IMG/VR virus record: IMGVR_UViG_3300034152_000748
Coordinates: 1 to 59,666 of that record
Direction: 5' to 3' (one strand)
Source: a virus
Lineage: Duplodnaviria > Caudoviricetes
Length of the DNA: 59,666 bases
The notes below the pieces were generated by a model. The model searched no databases, was not told the origin of the DNA, and saw only the letters and a program-made list of their open reading frames with translations. Below, one piece after another: positions 9,929-20,100 of this stretch. A program made the position numbers and the translations under genes. Within the stretch, counting starts at the first letter, position 1. Each line of letters begins with the position of its first letter.

Positions 9929-10374
9929 TGATTAAAAAACCCTCTGTTCACAACACAGACAGCTGTGGTAGATTCTTTCTCTATTTTATCAACAAGGCTC
10001 TTAAAATCTTTTCTTAAATTTTTACTAAAATACCTATAAAAAACATTGTACAAAGACAACAACTCTTCTAAGTTCTCTGTCTCGTTGTAAACTATAAATA
10101 AAATAGGTATTTTATATTTATTGTTAAATGACGACACGTTCTCCATGATTTTCGCAACTCTGCTAGAACTAATTAAAACCGCGCCTTTAACCCCAGCCAA
10201 TTTAGCCCCACTAATTATACCCGTCGCTATGTTCTCATTGGACGCAGGAATGTAATGAAGAAAATCAGACCTCATAGTGTCGTACAGATTCTTAAACCCA
10301 ACGCACTGCACTCCAGAGAACAATCTATATCCAAACTCCTCACATAAACAATTCCAAAACTCCTTTGCCTTCAT
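9925..10374 (-). CDS. Sulfopyruvate/phosphonopyruvate decarboxylase alpha-subunit-like (ComD-like) protein
   Basis: FSGVQC..FKNL...HYIPASNENIATGIISGAKLAG.K.AVL...YKIPILFIV matches the TPP-enzyme PYR domain; ATGA overlap with the beta-like gene. Confidence 0.7.
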   Translation of the reverse strand: MKAKEFWNCLCEEFGYRLFSGVQCVGFKNLYDTMRSDFLHYIPASNENIATGIISGAKLAGVKGAVLISSSRVAKIMENVSSFNNKYKIPILFIVYNETENLEELLSLYNVFYRYFSKNLRKDFKSLVDKIEKESTTAVCVVNRGFFNQ

Positions 10375-10408
10375 AACTCACCTTCCCAAACCCCAATCAA
10401 ACCAAAAA

Positions 10409-11386
10409 TTAAGATGAATAATCTATTTGATTAGACGTTGTTTTAATTCCCCACCTAATTATTGAATCCATGTCGTTGTAATGAGAACGAGGTTCTCCTT
10501 CAGGATCTTGTTCCCTTAAAATTTGAATTTTAGTGCCTGAATCAGTGGTGTAATTATACGTAATTCCACCTTGTCCTATTGTAGAAACAACAACGCTTGT
10601 GTCAGTGGTGCCAGCCAAAGCGGCAAAATACTCTGTATGATTGCGGTCTGTGATCAACAAACAATCACCAGCAGTAACGCCCGTGCCGGCGCTGATGGAA
10701 AGAGGACTCGTGTTATTGATATAATTACTTGTGATATAAGCCTCTTTAACCGAAATACCAGCCAGCTCCTCACTGGTTGTGGAAACATCAAAACCCAACA
10801 TAGTCGTACAATCGTTGTTGTCTACAGCAGCAACCATTACGGAAGATCTGTTTGCTCCCGTGAAAGCGCTTTTAAGACTTCCTGAAACAATCTTAAATTT
10901 ACCGTCTTCAAAATAAACAGAAGCGTTTCTATAAGCTTTTATTAAAGAATCATCCGCAGAATCCCAATAATCTCCGTCAGGAATTGCCCTAATCTTTGTT
11001 TCCATGTCCGCGGCAATAACGTCACCGGACATGGCGGTACCGTTTTCGTGATTAAGTAGAATGGAATAATACCCCAACCCATCATAACCACTCACTGTAG
11101 CGTCCATTTTGACTTTCATTCTGCAATGAGTTGAATCCAAATTAAATTTCCCACCCGTGCCGGCAAAACCTGAACTTTTACACCAACCACCGTCAGTTCC
11201 CGTTATGTACAACCTGGGTATTGCAGTACGACTTGTATTGTTGCTGTACGCAGTGGTTGACACTTCTACTATAAGCTGCTCGTCACCTTCATAACCAATC
11301 GGCACTAAAGAATCAACGTCAACAGAAACGTTTTTAGTAGTGCCTGGATAGTTATCCAAGTCTTGAGTAACAACTGTTAATGCCAT
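10409..11386 (-). CDS. Putative structural protein, paralogue of 8394-9347
   Basis: Start re-called at ATG 11386 (GAGGAGG RBS); full-length similarity to the 317-aa ORF. Confidence 0.65.
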   Translation of the reverse strand: MALTVVTQDLDNYPGTTKNVSVDVDSLVPIGYEGDEQLIVEVSTTAYSNNTSRTAIPRLYITGTDGGWCKSSGFAGTGGKFNLDSTHCRMKVKMDATVSGYDGLGYYSILLNHENGTAMSGDVIAADMETKIRAIPDGDYWDSADDSLIKAYRNASVYFEDGKFKIVSGSLKSAFTGANRSSVMVAAVDNNDCTTMLGFDVSTTSEELAGISVKEAYITSNYINNTSPLSISAGTGVTAGDCLLITDRNHTEYFAALAGTTDTSVVVSTIGQGGITYNYTTDSGTKIQILREQDPEGEPRSHYNDMDSIIRWGIKTTSNQIDYSS

Positions 11387-11406
11387 TTTCGTATCCTCCT
11401 CTATTA

Positions 11407-11772
11407 TTAATGGTAAAAATACCTTTCTCCATAAGTAACATAATAATGACAATTGTCATAGGTGCATTCAAAACCCCAATTGCCTCTATTAGTGGTCTTC
11501 ATATAACATGTTTTTCCATCAGGATCGGTGTGATCGATCCTGACCACGCTGGGAGGGAACGGATCTTCAGGATCTATTCCCAACAAAAGCTTGGCTCTGA
11601 TTTCGGGACATTGAGTGGAATAAGGACACGGATGCCAACAATGTCCTTTATGCTGATCTTTTTTATGTTGAGGAAGCTGGCCATAGTGTTCTGTGCCGTA
11701 TATCCTTCTCCATTTTTGTTGCGGAGTTTCCCCAACAATGCTTCTATCACATCTATGCTCGCAATCACCCAT
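11407..11772 (-). CDS. Cys/His-rich hypothetical protein, 121 aa
   Basis: Fills the gap on the coding strand; CEHRC, HCWHPC, C..C motifs. Confidence 0.5.
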   Translation of the reverse strand: MGDCEHRCDRSIVGETPQQKWRRIYGTEHYGQLPQHKKDQHKGHCWHPCPYSTQCPEIRAKLLLGIDPEDPFPPSVVRIDHTDPDGKTCYMKTTNRGNWGFECTYDNCHYYVTYGERYFYH

Positions 11773-11793
11773 TATTTACATCCCCCAAACAAG

Positions 11794-12216
11794 TTAAAAT
11801 TTATACAAAATACCGTCCTCGTTTATGACAAACGTTTCATACGTCGGGAAAAAAGCATGAGTAGAAGAGTCATGATTCTTTGTGTCAACAACTAGACAGT
11901 CATTGTTCCTCAATTTAGGAACTGTGTTTATTTCTGTGTCATGACTTAGCCTTGCCGAATGAAGCTTGATAATGTTGTTGTCATAAGTTATGTCGTTCCA
12001 AGAAAATTTTGCCACATAAACATTTCTAGCCAACACATAATACTGTTTGTAAAAATCAAGATACATGTGATCTTTTGCATTAACTTTATCGGCGAGCTTC
12101 AAAGCTGGGCCTGAAAAATAAGCCCCGCTTAACTTACACAAACCTTCCCTTTCATAATTCGTTTTTTCCCAATGAATTTCCAATCTATACATTTCAGACA
12201 GTAAAAACTTTTCCAT
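11794..12216 (-). CDS. Hypothetical protein, 140 aa
   Basis: ORF with AAGGAGAAGGG upstream, same strand as the operon. Confidence 0.6.
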   Translation of the reverse strand: MEKFLLSEMYRLEIHWEKTNYEREGLCKLSGAYFSGPALKLADKVNAKDHMYLDFYKQYYVLARNVYVAKFSWNDITYDNNIIKLHSARLSHDTEINTVPKLRNNDCLVVDTKNHDSSTHAFFPTYETFVINEDGILYKF

Positions 12217-12245
12217 ATCCCTTCTCCTTTTAAATCTTTATGTTA

Positions 12246-12863
12246 TTAAGTAGTACCAAGATACAATGGTGTATAAGGAATGCTCACACTTCCAGTTCCA
12301 GTTTCTCCTACTGTGTCTGATCCTCCACCAACATTGCTAACCGTTCCTATTTCAACCGTATCCGCTCTTCCCACTCCTCCTGCCGACACGCTACCGCTAC
12401 TGCCTTCAGTCGTTGTGCCATCAAAAGTTATCCCAGAGTTGTCTGTTCCAGACCCCTCAGCTATACCTCTAATAACATAATTTGGTGGGTTGTCACCGGT
12501 CCATTGTTGAAGACTCCAAGATTCCTGACCAGGCAATATAGCATCATCCTTACTGAAACTATAGCTCGTAACAAACCAAGTGCCAGTTAACTCACCGACG
12601 GTATCGCCACAAGCAGCAGGATTAATACTGGCAGCTACTTGATTGGCATCAACACACTCAGTAGTAGGAATTGTCTCGTATGGCGTGCCTGGGGAATAAA
12701 TTGTCAAATTAAGGGTTTGTGTGGGTCTTTCAATGGTTTGATCAGGTGTCCAACTACCCAAACAATACAGCCTCTGCGTATTTAGAGAGACGCTCCAGCT
12801 TGCGGAAATAACACAAGCTCCGGCAAAGGATGCAGTGGTTCCGGCTCCTAATACTATTCCCAT
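12246..12863 (-). CDS. Tail-tube-fold-like / tail tip protein
   Basis: AAGGAGG RBS; ISASWSVS...QRLYCLG and WFVTSYSFS...PGQESWS strand pattern is typical of tube-like folds. Confidence 0.5.
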   Translation of the reverse strand: MGIVLGAGTTASFAGACVISASWSVSLNTQRLYCLGSWTPDQTIERPTQTLNLTIYSPGTPYETIPTTECVDANQVAASINPAACGDTVGELTGTWFVTSYSFSKDDAILPGQESWSLQQWTGDNPPNYVIRGIAEGSGTDNSGITFDGTTTEGSSGSVSAGGVGRADTVEIGTVSNVGGGSDTVGETGTGSVSIPYTPLYLGTT

Positions 12864-12900
12864 GATTTTTGTTCCTCCTTTACATAAAATTTACATAAAT

Positions 12901-12921
12901 CTCTATTAATACAAGGTTACT
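12901..12921 (-). promoter_or_regulatory. Candidate phage promoter motif
   Basis: Minus strand AGTAACCTTGTATTAATAGAG, about 40 nt upstream of the start at 12863 and separate from its RBS. Confidence 0.45.
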
Positions 12922-12930
12922 TTATTAAAT

Positions 12931-13167
12931 CTAATTAGACGTGGCCACAAGAGTAACATTGGATAAATACCATTTTGTATTGGGTATTTGTGTCACTGTG
13001 GCACTAGTCACATACCCGTCAAAAGTTTTACCGCCGGCAGTTATTGACGTTCGAGTTTTCAAACCAGAGCTGTTGGAAACTATCGTAAAAGAAACGGTTG
13101 CAATTCCATAAACGTCATAACTTATTGACAAAGAGGTACAATCTATAAACTCAACGTTCTCAGCCAT
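12931..13167 (-). CDS. Small tail tip/tube-like beta protein, 78 aa
   Basis: GGAGG RBS; SLSISYD...ATVSFT...FDGYVTSATV pattern. Confidence 0.5.
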   Translation of the reverse strand: MAENVEFIDCTSLSISYDVYGIATVSFTIVSNSSGLKTRTSITAGGKTFDGYVTSATVTQIPNTKWYLSNVTLVATSN

Positions 13168-13169
13168 TC

Positions 13170-13466
13170 TTATCCTCCGCTTTCCACCATTTCATCTTCA
13201 TCAATGTATTCTGGGCTTCTTTCCAATTTACCAGAAAAAGCATTACCAGAACTGTCTTGCAACCTACTGTAACTGCCAGAAATAAATTCGCCTCCCTGGC
13301 CCCTAAAATCATCGCTCCCTTTCAATTCTTTAGTATAGGCAACAATGTCAAACTCTATTTTTTCAGCCATGAAAGTATGCAAAATGAAGTCACCGCTCTC
13401 TGTGGACATTGGAGCCCCAGCTCTTAATTTATATTGAGTTCCAAGATATATAACCTCTTCTCCCAT
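13170..13466 (-). CDS. Hypothetical protein, 98 aa
   Basis: AGGAGGT RBS, tight packing. Confidence 0.6.
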   Translation of the reverse strand: MGEEVIYLGTQYKLRAGAPMSTESGDFILHTFMAEKIEFDIVAYTKELKGSDDFRGQGGEFISGSYSRLQDSSGNAFSGKLERSPEYIDEDEMVESGG

Positions 13467-13477
13467 CTTAACACCTC

Positions 13478-14062
13478 CTAGTCATTATCCACTGAAAAAA
13501 CAAAAGAATAAGATGCTGTCGGCAAAGTTCCTGGATTACATTCTAAACTAAAACTTTGCAAATACAAATCAGCGCCTCCTGCGATGGAACCAATGCTTAT
13601 TGTTATAGGATCATCTCCGGTTGAAAAAGAAATTGGATCTCCGTTGTAAATAAAATCATAACCATCGCTTTGTTCAGTGTCTGTGTACAAAGAAGAAGGT
13701 CCAGAAGAAGAAGACGCACTTACAACGTTGTATCTAGACAATTCAACCAAAGAAGCCAATGATCCAACCTCACCAAAAATATATGATTGACCTTGACCCG
13801 CAAAAAGAAAATGAACTTTTCCAGTTCCATCGTCACATTCATATTTCCTTATCCAATTAAAAGACGCCCCGGCTCTCCCAGGACAACCTCTATATATATT
13901 TTCCTGTGCATACCCAGTAATGGAGACAGTCCCTACTGTAGGCCCTGTAATAACCACGTCCTCTATTTTGGACATTTCCGTGTTGCTGCTAAAGTTGACA
14001 GAAATGATTCTATTATAAGTTACATCAGGAAAATTTCCCACTAAATTACAACAATCGGTCAT
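13478..14062 (-). CDS. Tail-tube-fold-like / tail tip protein (distant relative of 12246-12863)
   Basis: GAGGTG RBS; IISVNFS and YLQSFSLECNPGTLPTASYSFVF. Confidence 0.5.
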   Translation of the reverse strand: MTDCCNLVGNFPDVTYNRIISVNFSSNTEMSKIEDVVITGPTVGTVSITGYAQENIYRGCPGRAGASFNWIRKYECDDGTGKVHFLFAGQGQSYIFGEVGSLASLVELSRYNVVSASSSSGPSSLYTDTEQSDGYDFIYNGDPISFSTGDDPITISIGSIAGGADLYLQSFSLECNPGTLPTASYSFVFSVDND

Positions 14063-14079
14063 AAATTTTCACCTCTACA

Positions 14080-14484
14080 TTAAGCTTCTTCACCATCAAC
14101 TCTGGTAAAATAAGTACCATAAGCAGGACCGCCTTGAACAAGGGTTGAATGATCATGTACAGGCACACTAGACACCTCAACAAACCCCCATTCTCCTGTG
14201 GCCGCAAAAAAATATATAACGTTTTCCAAACCCAGTTTGTGTTTATAATCTATAGCAACGGCATCAGAATAAACCTTAATAATCTCACCGGCTTTTTCAT
14301 TTCCAACACAAAAACCATTCTGTAGAGTCTTTAATTCGTTTTCTATAGGAATAACCGCTGGAGTAGTCCCGTCGTCGTTAGAAATTCTAGCAAAAAACCC
14401 CTCCCCAGCAATTTCATTCACAGGTATTTCTATTTTCACAACTTGTTGAGGTATTAAATAAATTGTGTTTCCTCTCGCACTCAT
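14080..14484 (-). CDS. Hypothetical tail-region protein, 134 aa
   Basis: Tightly packed ORF; C-terminal PVHDHS...GGPAYGTY motif. Confidence 0.55.
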   Translation of the reverse strand: MSARGNTIYLIPQQVVKIEIPVNEIAGEGFFARISNDDGTTPAVIPIENELKTLQNGFCVGNEKAGEIIKVYSDAVAIDYKHKLGLENVIYFFAATGEWGFVEVSSVPVHDHSTLVQGGPAYGTYFTRVDGEEA

Positions 14485-14487
14485 TTA

Positions 14488-15081
14488 TTATTCTCCGGTG
14501 CTGCTTTGATAAGTAATTTTAAAAGGTATCTTAAGTTCAATGTCACTTTTGTCCATTCTTGTTGAATCGTCAAGAATAGGCCAAGCGGCTGAAGGACCAG
14601 AAGATTTTATCAACGACAAAGACTTTTTAACGTCATCGTCTGTTGTAAACAACAATTCTTCTTTAACGTATTTGAACTTTCCGCTTTTGTGCCCGGGCCT
14701 TGTAACACTGTTTATAGAAGCCCAACACGCTTTCGTCGCTTTAACTCTCCTGCTGTATTTCCTCTGCCTCAACATGCTCAGTACGTCTTCTCCACTTAAA
14801 CTAAGAAAAGAATATTTAGGATCATCGAAACAAGGAGACAGCTGAGCCCTTTTTATTATTCCAGTAAATATCTTTTTACTTGGAGAACCCTCCCCAGCAT
14901 AAATTTCGATTTCATCACCAACCAAATTTCCGGTGCTGTCGTCTATTTTTAAAGTAGCGTCAAACGTAGAAATTTGTCCTCTCGATTTTCTAACGCTGAA
15001 TGACAATATATATGGAGTCTCAACAGAAAGACTTCCAAAATTTATCTTTGCTCTTACCTTCACTCTCTGTATATCTACCAT
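14488..15081 (-). CDS. Baseplate hub / tail tip protein (hub N-terminal barrel-like)
   Basis: Start re-called at ATG 15081 (GGAGG RBS); ILSFSVRKSRGQISTFDATL...GDEIEIYAG...KIFTGII...LSLSGED is the usual hub pattern. Confidence 0.6.
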   Translation of the reverse strand: MVDIQRVKVRAKINFGSLSVETPYILSFSVRKSRGQISTFDATLKIDDSTGNLVGDEIEIYAGEGSPSKKIFTGIIKRAQLSPCFDDPKYSFLSLSGEDVLSMLRQRKYSRRVKATKACWASINSVTRPGHKSGKFKYVKEELLFTTDDDVKKSLSLIKSSGPSAAWPILDDSTRMDKSDIELKIPFKITYQSSTGE

Positions 15082-15082
15082 A

Positions 15083-17098
15083 TTAAGCCTCCATAGGAAG
15101 ATTGTGAACGGTGCACTGCACTCTGTCTCCAACCCTCAAAAAATCCTTGCAACAATTGAGCGCAGTCACGTCCCCAACTCCGGCTATGTTTACTTTGTAA
15201 TGTATGTTATTCCCCAAATCTTGTATTATAGTACCCCCCATGCCACTTTCTTCTTCGGTTTGCTTCACATAATATCCAGACGAAATATTAGCCAACGAGC
15301 CAACTGCCCATGGACCTTCAGTAACCGATATAGTATAAGAACCACTGTCGTTGTATGAATAATTTATTGAGTTTATAATGCCCCCAGAAGGACCTGTCAT
15401 TCCCAATTTTGGTTCACTGTCTGGCCCACAAACATGAACTGTTTCAACTCCGGCGCCCTTATTAAGCAGGTTTTTCAAAAGTCCTGACAAAGTCTCTATC
15501 TGATCTTTATCCATAAAGGAATAACTTAATGCCACGCCGTTGCCATTTGCCATTTCTATTTTTATAAGCTCTAATGGAGTGTCGTCAAAATCTTGTTTTG
15601 TAGTTGGATCATGATCAGCAATTCCAGGAATCAGATCAACCTCTGCACCATTGTATGCGTATGGGGCCGCCTCGTTTGTAACCACTAAAGGCGATATATT
15701 GAAAACCAAATCCTCCGCTATCTCTTTGGCCCTTCCATTAGGATCCTCAATGACTATGCATGGTGATTCAAAAGCCACTGTTGCCAATATCTCCTTAACT
15801 GCTATGCCTTCCACGCCACCCGTTGGAAGAACAACCATATCGTTTATGTAATTTTTTTTATTTTTCACCACAATGTCATAACCACCCTCGGAAGCAGAAG
15901 GCACTTTAGCCGAATCCTGCAAAACACACACCTCAACATGATCTCCATAATTTCCATTGTCTCCCTTTCTTGTTTGCTTGGCAAACACAATGTGAGGAAT
16001 TTTAGGAACAGTGTCTTCTTCAGAATACTCTTCAAACGATATTACATAATGAGTGCCCTCGCTTAATTTAAACACCCTCAACATATTGCTTTCAAAAGAC
16101 ACGTTTACTATAGTGTTGTTTCCGTCACTTTCTGACAATCCTGATTTTGGTATTTTAGGCCTGCCGTAACACTTTTTAAGCCTGTAACCAACCGCATAAA
16201 CACCAGAAACTTTTATAAACTTATCAACAACCGTATTTCTAACAGTTTCAAATCTGCGAGAGGCTGGAATATCTATTTTCAACCCGTCTTCTGGACTCGC
16301 ATATTCTCCCAATCCTTCCAAACATTCTGCATCCACGTTGTTTGGATCTCGCGGCGGTGAAAACAAGTCTCCCAAACACCGGCGTTCACTGCTGTATGAA
16401 ACGTTCATAGGAAGATCACACGTCTCCTGATAGCCTATTTTAGTGTCCAAAGCTTCTTTATCCCCCGGATTTATCCAAAAAGCCCACCCAATTATAGTGT
16501 CATACGGATTGGTCTTGTTAATTTCATACCAATTTTCCAACCCATCCTCATACTCACTCTTAAAATGTGGATCGTCAAACAAAACTAAAGCAAATCTTTG
16601 GTTTTTTTTACTGATACATCCCGTCACAATTTGACTGTTTTGTATAATCTCTTTGTTTGCCTCATCCACCCATATGGGTTTCCAATTTAAAGCATGCCTT
16701 ATTGGCAACGGTTTTCCCCCTTGAACAAGAACGCCAACTATTTCTTCTGTATATGTACGAGAATGTATTGTGCGATATATGTCTAAAGTTGAACTTCCAT
16801 CCCCTATACCTACAAACTCCACTTCCCCATCTTCATTCACAACAGGTTCATAAAGAGTGCTGCCACCATTAGCGGCGTGTTCTATCAAAGACAGGTTTAT
16901 AACTGTCATTGGATCCATCAACTTTATGTCTAAATTTTTAAGCGGCCCGCCTTCAGATACACTCACACAAGGTATATTGAATTCATTCAACACATCCGCG
17001 GCGACGTTTCCTTCATATTCATGCAACACTTCAGTGAACGCAGATGAGTCGTTATACTGAGGCCAATAACTAACTTCTGGTCCATCACCTGTAGCCAT
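15083..17098 (-). CDS. Tail tip/baseplate protein, 671 aa
   Basis: Immediately downstream of the tape measure; GAGGGGG RBS; C-terminal IINSINYSY...YTISV and OB-like LRVGDRV. Confidence 0.55.
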   Translation of the reverse strand: MATGDGPEVSYWPQYNDSSAFTEVLHEYEGNVAADVLNEFNIPCVSVSEGGPLKNLDIKLMDPMTVINLSLIEHAANGGSTLYEPVVNEDGEVEFVGIGDGSSTLDIYRTIHSRTYTEEIVGVLVQGGKPLPIRHALNWKPIWVDEANKEIIQNSQIVTGCISKKNQRFALVLFDDPHFKSEYEDGLENWYEINKTNPYDTIIGWAFWINPGDKEALDTKIGYQETCDLPMNVSYSSERRCLGDLFSPPRDPNNVDAECLEGLGEYASPEDGLKIDIPASRRFETVRNTVVDKFIKVSGVYAVGYRLKKCYGRPKIPKSGLSESDGNNTIVNVSFESNMLRVFKLSEGTHYVISFEEYSEEDTVPKIPHIVFAKQTRKGDNGNYGDHVEVCVLQDSAKVPSASEGGYDIVVKNKKNYINDMVVLPTGGVEGIAVKEILATVAFESPCIVIEDPNGRAKEIAEDLVFNISPLVVTNEAAPYAYNGAEVDLIPGIADHDPTTKQDFDDTPLELIKIEMANGNGVALSYSFMDKDQIETLSGLLKNLLNKGAGVETVHVCGPDSEPKLGMTGPSGGIINSINYSYNDSGSYTISVTEGPWAVGSLANISSGYYVKQTEEESGMGGTIIQDLGNNIHYKVNIAGVGDVTALNCCKDFLRVGDRVQCTVHNLPMEA

Positions 17099-17113
17099 TT
17101 AACATCCCCCTCG

Positions 17114-20100
17114 TCACATTCTCGTCATACTAAAATTCTTAACTATTTTAACGTCATCTTCAACGTTTCTAATTAAAATCTGCAAATGCTGTTTAGTTAA
17201 TTCCAACGAATCGTTGACGTTTCTCACATCAGATCTAACGTCTTGTATTTCTTTCTTAACAACAGAATAGCTGTCGTTGAATTTTTCATTAAGAGTTCTG
17301 TCCAACAAACTTTTGGACACCGTCTGTTCGGACACGTTTTTAACTTTTTCATCCATATTGTATTTCAAACTGATTATTTGATCATTGACTTTCCCAACCA
17401 ACTCTTCCAAAGTGTCCAATCTTTGGGCACCGACAGAGCCGCCGTTGCTGTCTGCTAACGCAGAACTGATTGCGCTTTTCATAGCCTCTGCTATCTTCTG
17501 CTCTATTCCAGAGGTGTCTATAGGAACCTGCTTGGTTGTGTCCACAGGAACAGGAATAGAAGTATCAACCGGAATTTTAACCCCAGAAGCATCAACAGAC
17601 ACAGTTACTCCTGACGCATCAACTGGTATAGACAACCCAGAAACATCCACAGGTATCTTAACTCCTTCCGTTCTTACAGTTACATACGCTCCGCCAACGT
17701 CCACTGGAACTTTGACCTCTCTCACGTCTACCCCAACCTTGGCTCCGGACGTGTCAACCCCAACTTTGGCTCCGGCCACGTCAACCGGAATTGTAGCGGA
17801 ACCTATGTCTACAGGAACCGAAACTCCAGTAACGTCTACTCCAACTTTAACGCCACCGGCTTCTACCGGAACAGTTATTCCAGTCGGATCTACGCCCACC
17901 ATAGCTCCAGTCGTGTCAACGCCAACTTTGGCTCCGGCCACGTCAACCGGAATTGTAGCGGAACCTATGTCTACAGGAACCGAAACTCCGGAAACGTCAA
18001 CCTTCACGGTTGCTCCTGCTGTGTCTACAGGCACAGTCACTCCTGCGGAATCCACCCCCACTTTAACCCCCGCAACGTCAACCCCTACCTTAACGCCTCC
18101 AGTGTCAACAGGAATCGTGGCAGAACCTATGTCTACAGGAACCGAAACTCCGGAAACGTCTACCCCGACCTTGGCTCCGGACGTGTCAACCCCAACTTTG
18201 GCTCCGGCCACATCAACAGGAACAGAGGCACCTGTTGTGTCTACAGTTACTTTAGCCCCAGTAGTGTCAACCGGTATTCTTTCAGTTCCAATGTCCACAG
18301 GAACCTTAACTCCTGCAACATCCACTCCAACCACAGCTCCGGCAGGATCAACGGGAACTTTGACATTGCCCAACTCTACTGGAACAGAGGCCCCTCCAAC
18401 ATTCACAGGAACTTTTGCATCGCCCACATCCACAGAAAGTTTCATTCCTTTTAATTCATCCAAATTTTCTATTTTTATTGGTTTTAATTTGTCCACTCCT
18501 TCAATAGTTATAGATTTAGGCAAGTCACCGACGTTGTCTATAACTATTTTGCCGTCTTTGGGTAAACCTTCCGCCCCTTTAATTTCTATTTTTTCAGGAA
18601 TGTTTTTTGCATTCTCGTCAAATTCCACACTTATTTTTTTATTCAAGTCTTCTTTGTTTATTTTAACTTCCGGCCAACTTAGATTTTGTACATAATCCTT
18701 AAAATTCTCAATGGCCTTTTTAAACGCGTCCACCCCTCCACCAGCCAAAGCTTCTTTAAGGGCATTACCGGCTTCAACTAAATTCTTAGCAAAAGAACTA
18801 GCAGTGCCGCCTTGACTTTCAAGCTGTTCTCCTAAACCCTCATCTCCCTCTTTTTTTGGTAAATTACTGAATTCTTTAGGGCCCTTATACTCCCACCCAA
18901 TAGCACTTCTAGCTCTCTCTTCCTCAGTGGGCGACCAAATTGATATTCCTTGTTCCTGAGCCAAAATCTCCCCAGGTTTAGCGTTTTTCAACGCGTTAGA
19001 TCCGGTTCTACTGGAAGGATGAAAAGAAACCCCTCTCCCTATCATGCCTTTGTAATAATCTTCTGTGACTTTTCTTCCAGAAGCGTCATAATATCCACCG
19101 GCTCCAGAAGATTTATCTATGCCCGCCGCAGTTCCAGCAGCGATCCTAGACACTTCCATTTGAATGTTTTTAAATCCAGAAGAAATTTGATCTCCAGGAC
19201 CGTACATTTCTTTGAGCCGCTTGTTTCCTATTGCAACCATTTCGTCGGTGATGCCTGAAACCCTGCTGCTTTTCAATTCTTCCAATTTTCTCCTTTCCTC
19301 ATCCGCTCTTTCTTTTTCTTTTCTTTTAAGTTCCTCTAAAGATCTTTTTAAATCCCCTATGCCGCCGCTGGTATGAACACCAACACCCTCTCCCCACCTC
19401 GGACTGACATGAGTTGCCCAACCACCGTCTTTAAATCCTGGTAATTCATCTTTCAAAACCGTCCCCATTTTTCTCCATGTATCAGCCGGTATAACCGCTT
19501 CTCCTTCATGCAACATTGCCAACATGTCTTCTGGAACATAAGAAGTCCCTTGTTGAAACATCGGAATGTCTCGCATAAACGCTTTCATGTCAGGGTCTTT
19601 TTTTATTTCAGTGTCATACGCTTTTGCCCTTTGCTGCGACATATAAGCACTCATTATATTTAGAGATCCAACCGGTTTGGTTTGTCCTTGTTTTATTATT
19701 CTACTTACTGTTCCTCCTGTGTAATCAAACAAGAGCTCTCTGTAGTCCCTAAACAATTTTTTGTCAGCCCAAGGAAGAGGAACGGCTCCTTGATCTATTT
19801 CACCAAGAACCCTATTAACTTTCGACAAATATTTTTTATATCTCTCAATTTTCTTTGAAATTCTCAACGACTCTTCAACGTCTGAATATTTTCCCTCTCT
19901 CAATCTTTGTGACAGTTCATCTATTAGAGTTTTCGCCTCTCCTCTTGATTGATGCAACATCCTATCAGTGGCGCTATAATAAGTTCCTGGAATTGTTTCC
20001 CCCAAAACCTTGGGCCTTCCTCCTTCACTGTACATAAAATCTTGTGGCTTTAACTTAAGCAACTTGAAAACGTCCACCGGTGGTTTTTTAACTGATTTTA

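Noticed and set aside
11574-11768. Alternative 64-aa minus-strand ORF overlapping the 121-aa ORF
   Set aside because: The longer frame fills the intergenic space up to the next gene; no evidence for dual coding, though it cannot be excluded.
17510-18435. Possible CRISPR array
   Set aside because: Units are contiguous, degenerate, in-frame coding repeats with no unique spacers; the Cas4-like domain is not accompanied by other cas genes.
17385-18695. 436-aa Thr/Pro-rich plus-strand ORF resembling a mucin-like protein
   Set aside because: Antisense shadow of the Val/Gly/Asp repeat region of the giant ORF, where codon usage leaves no stops on the opposite strand; no RBS.
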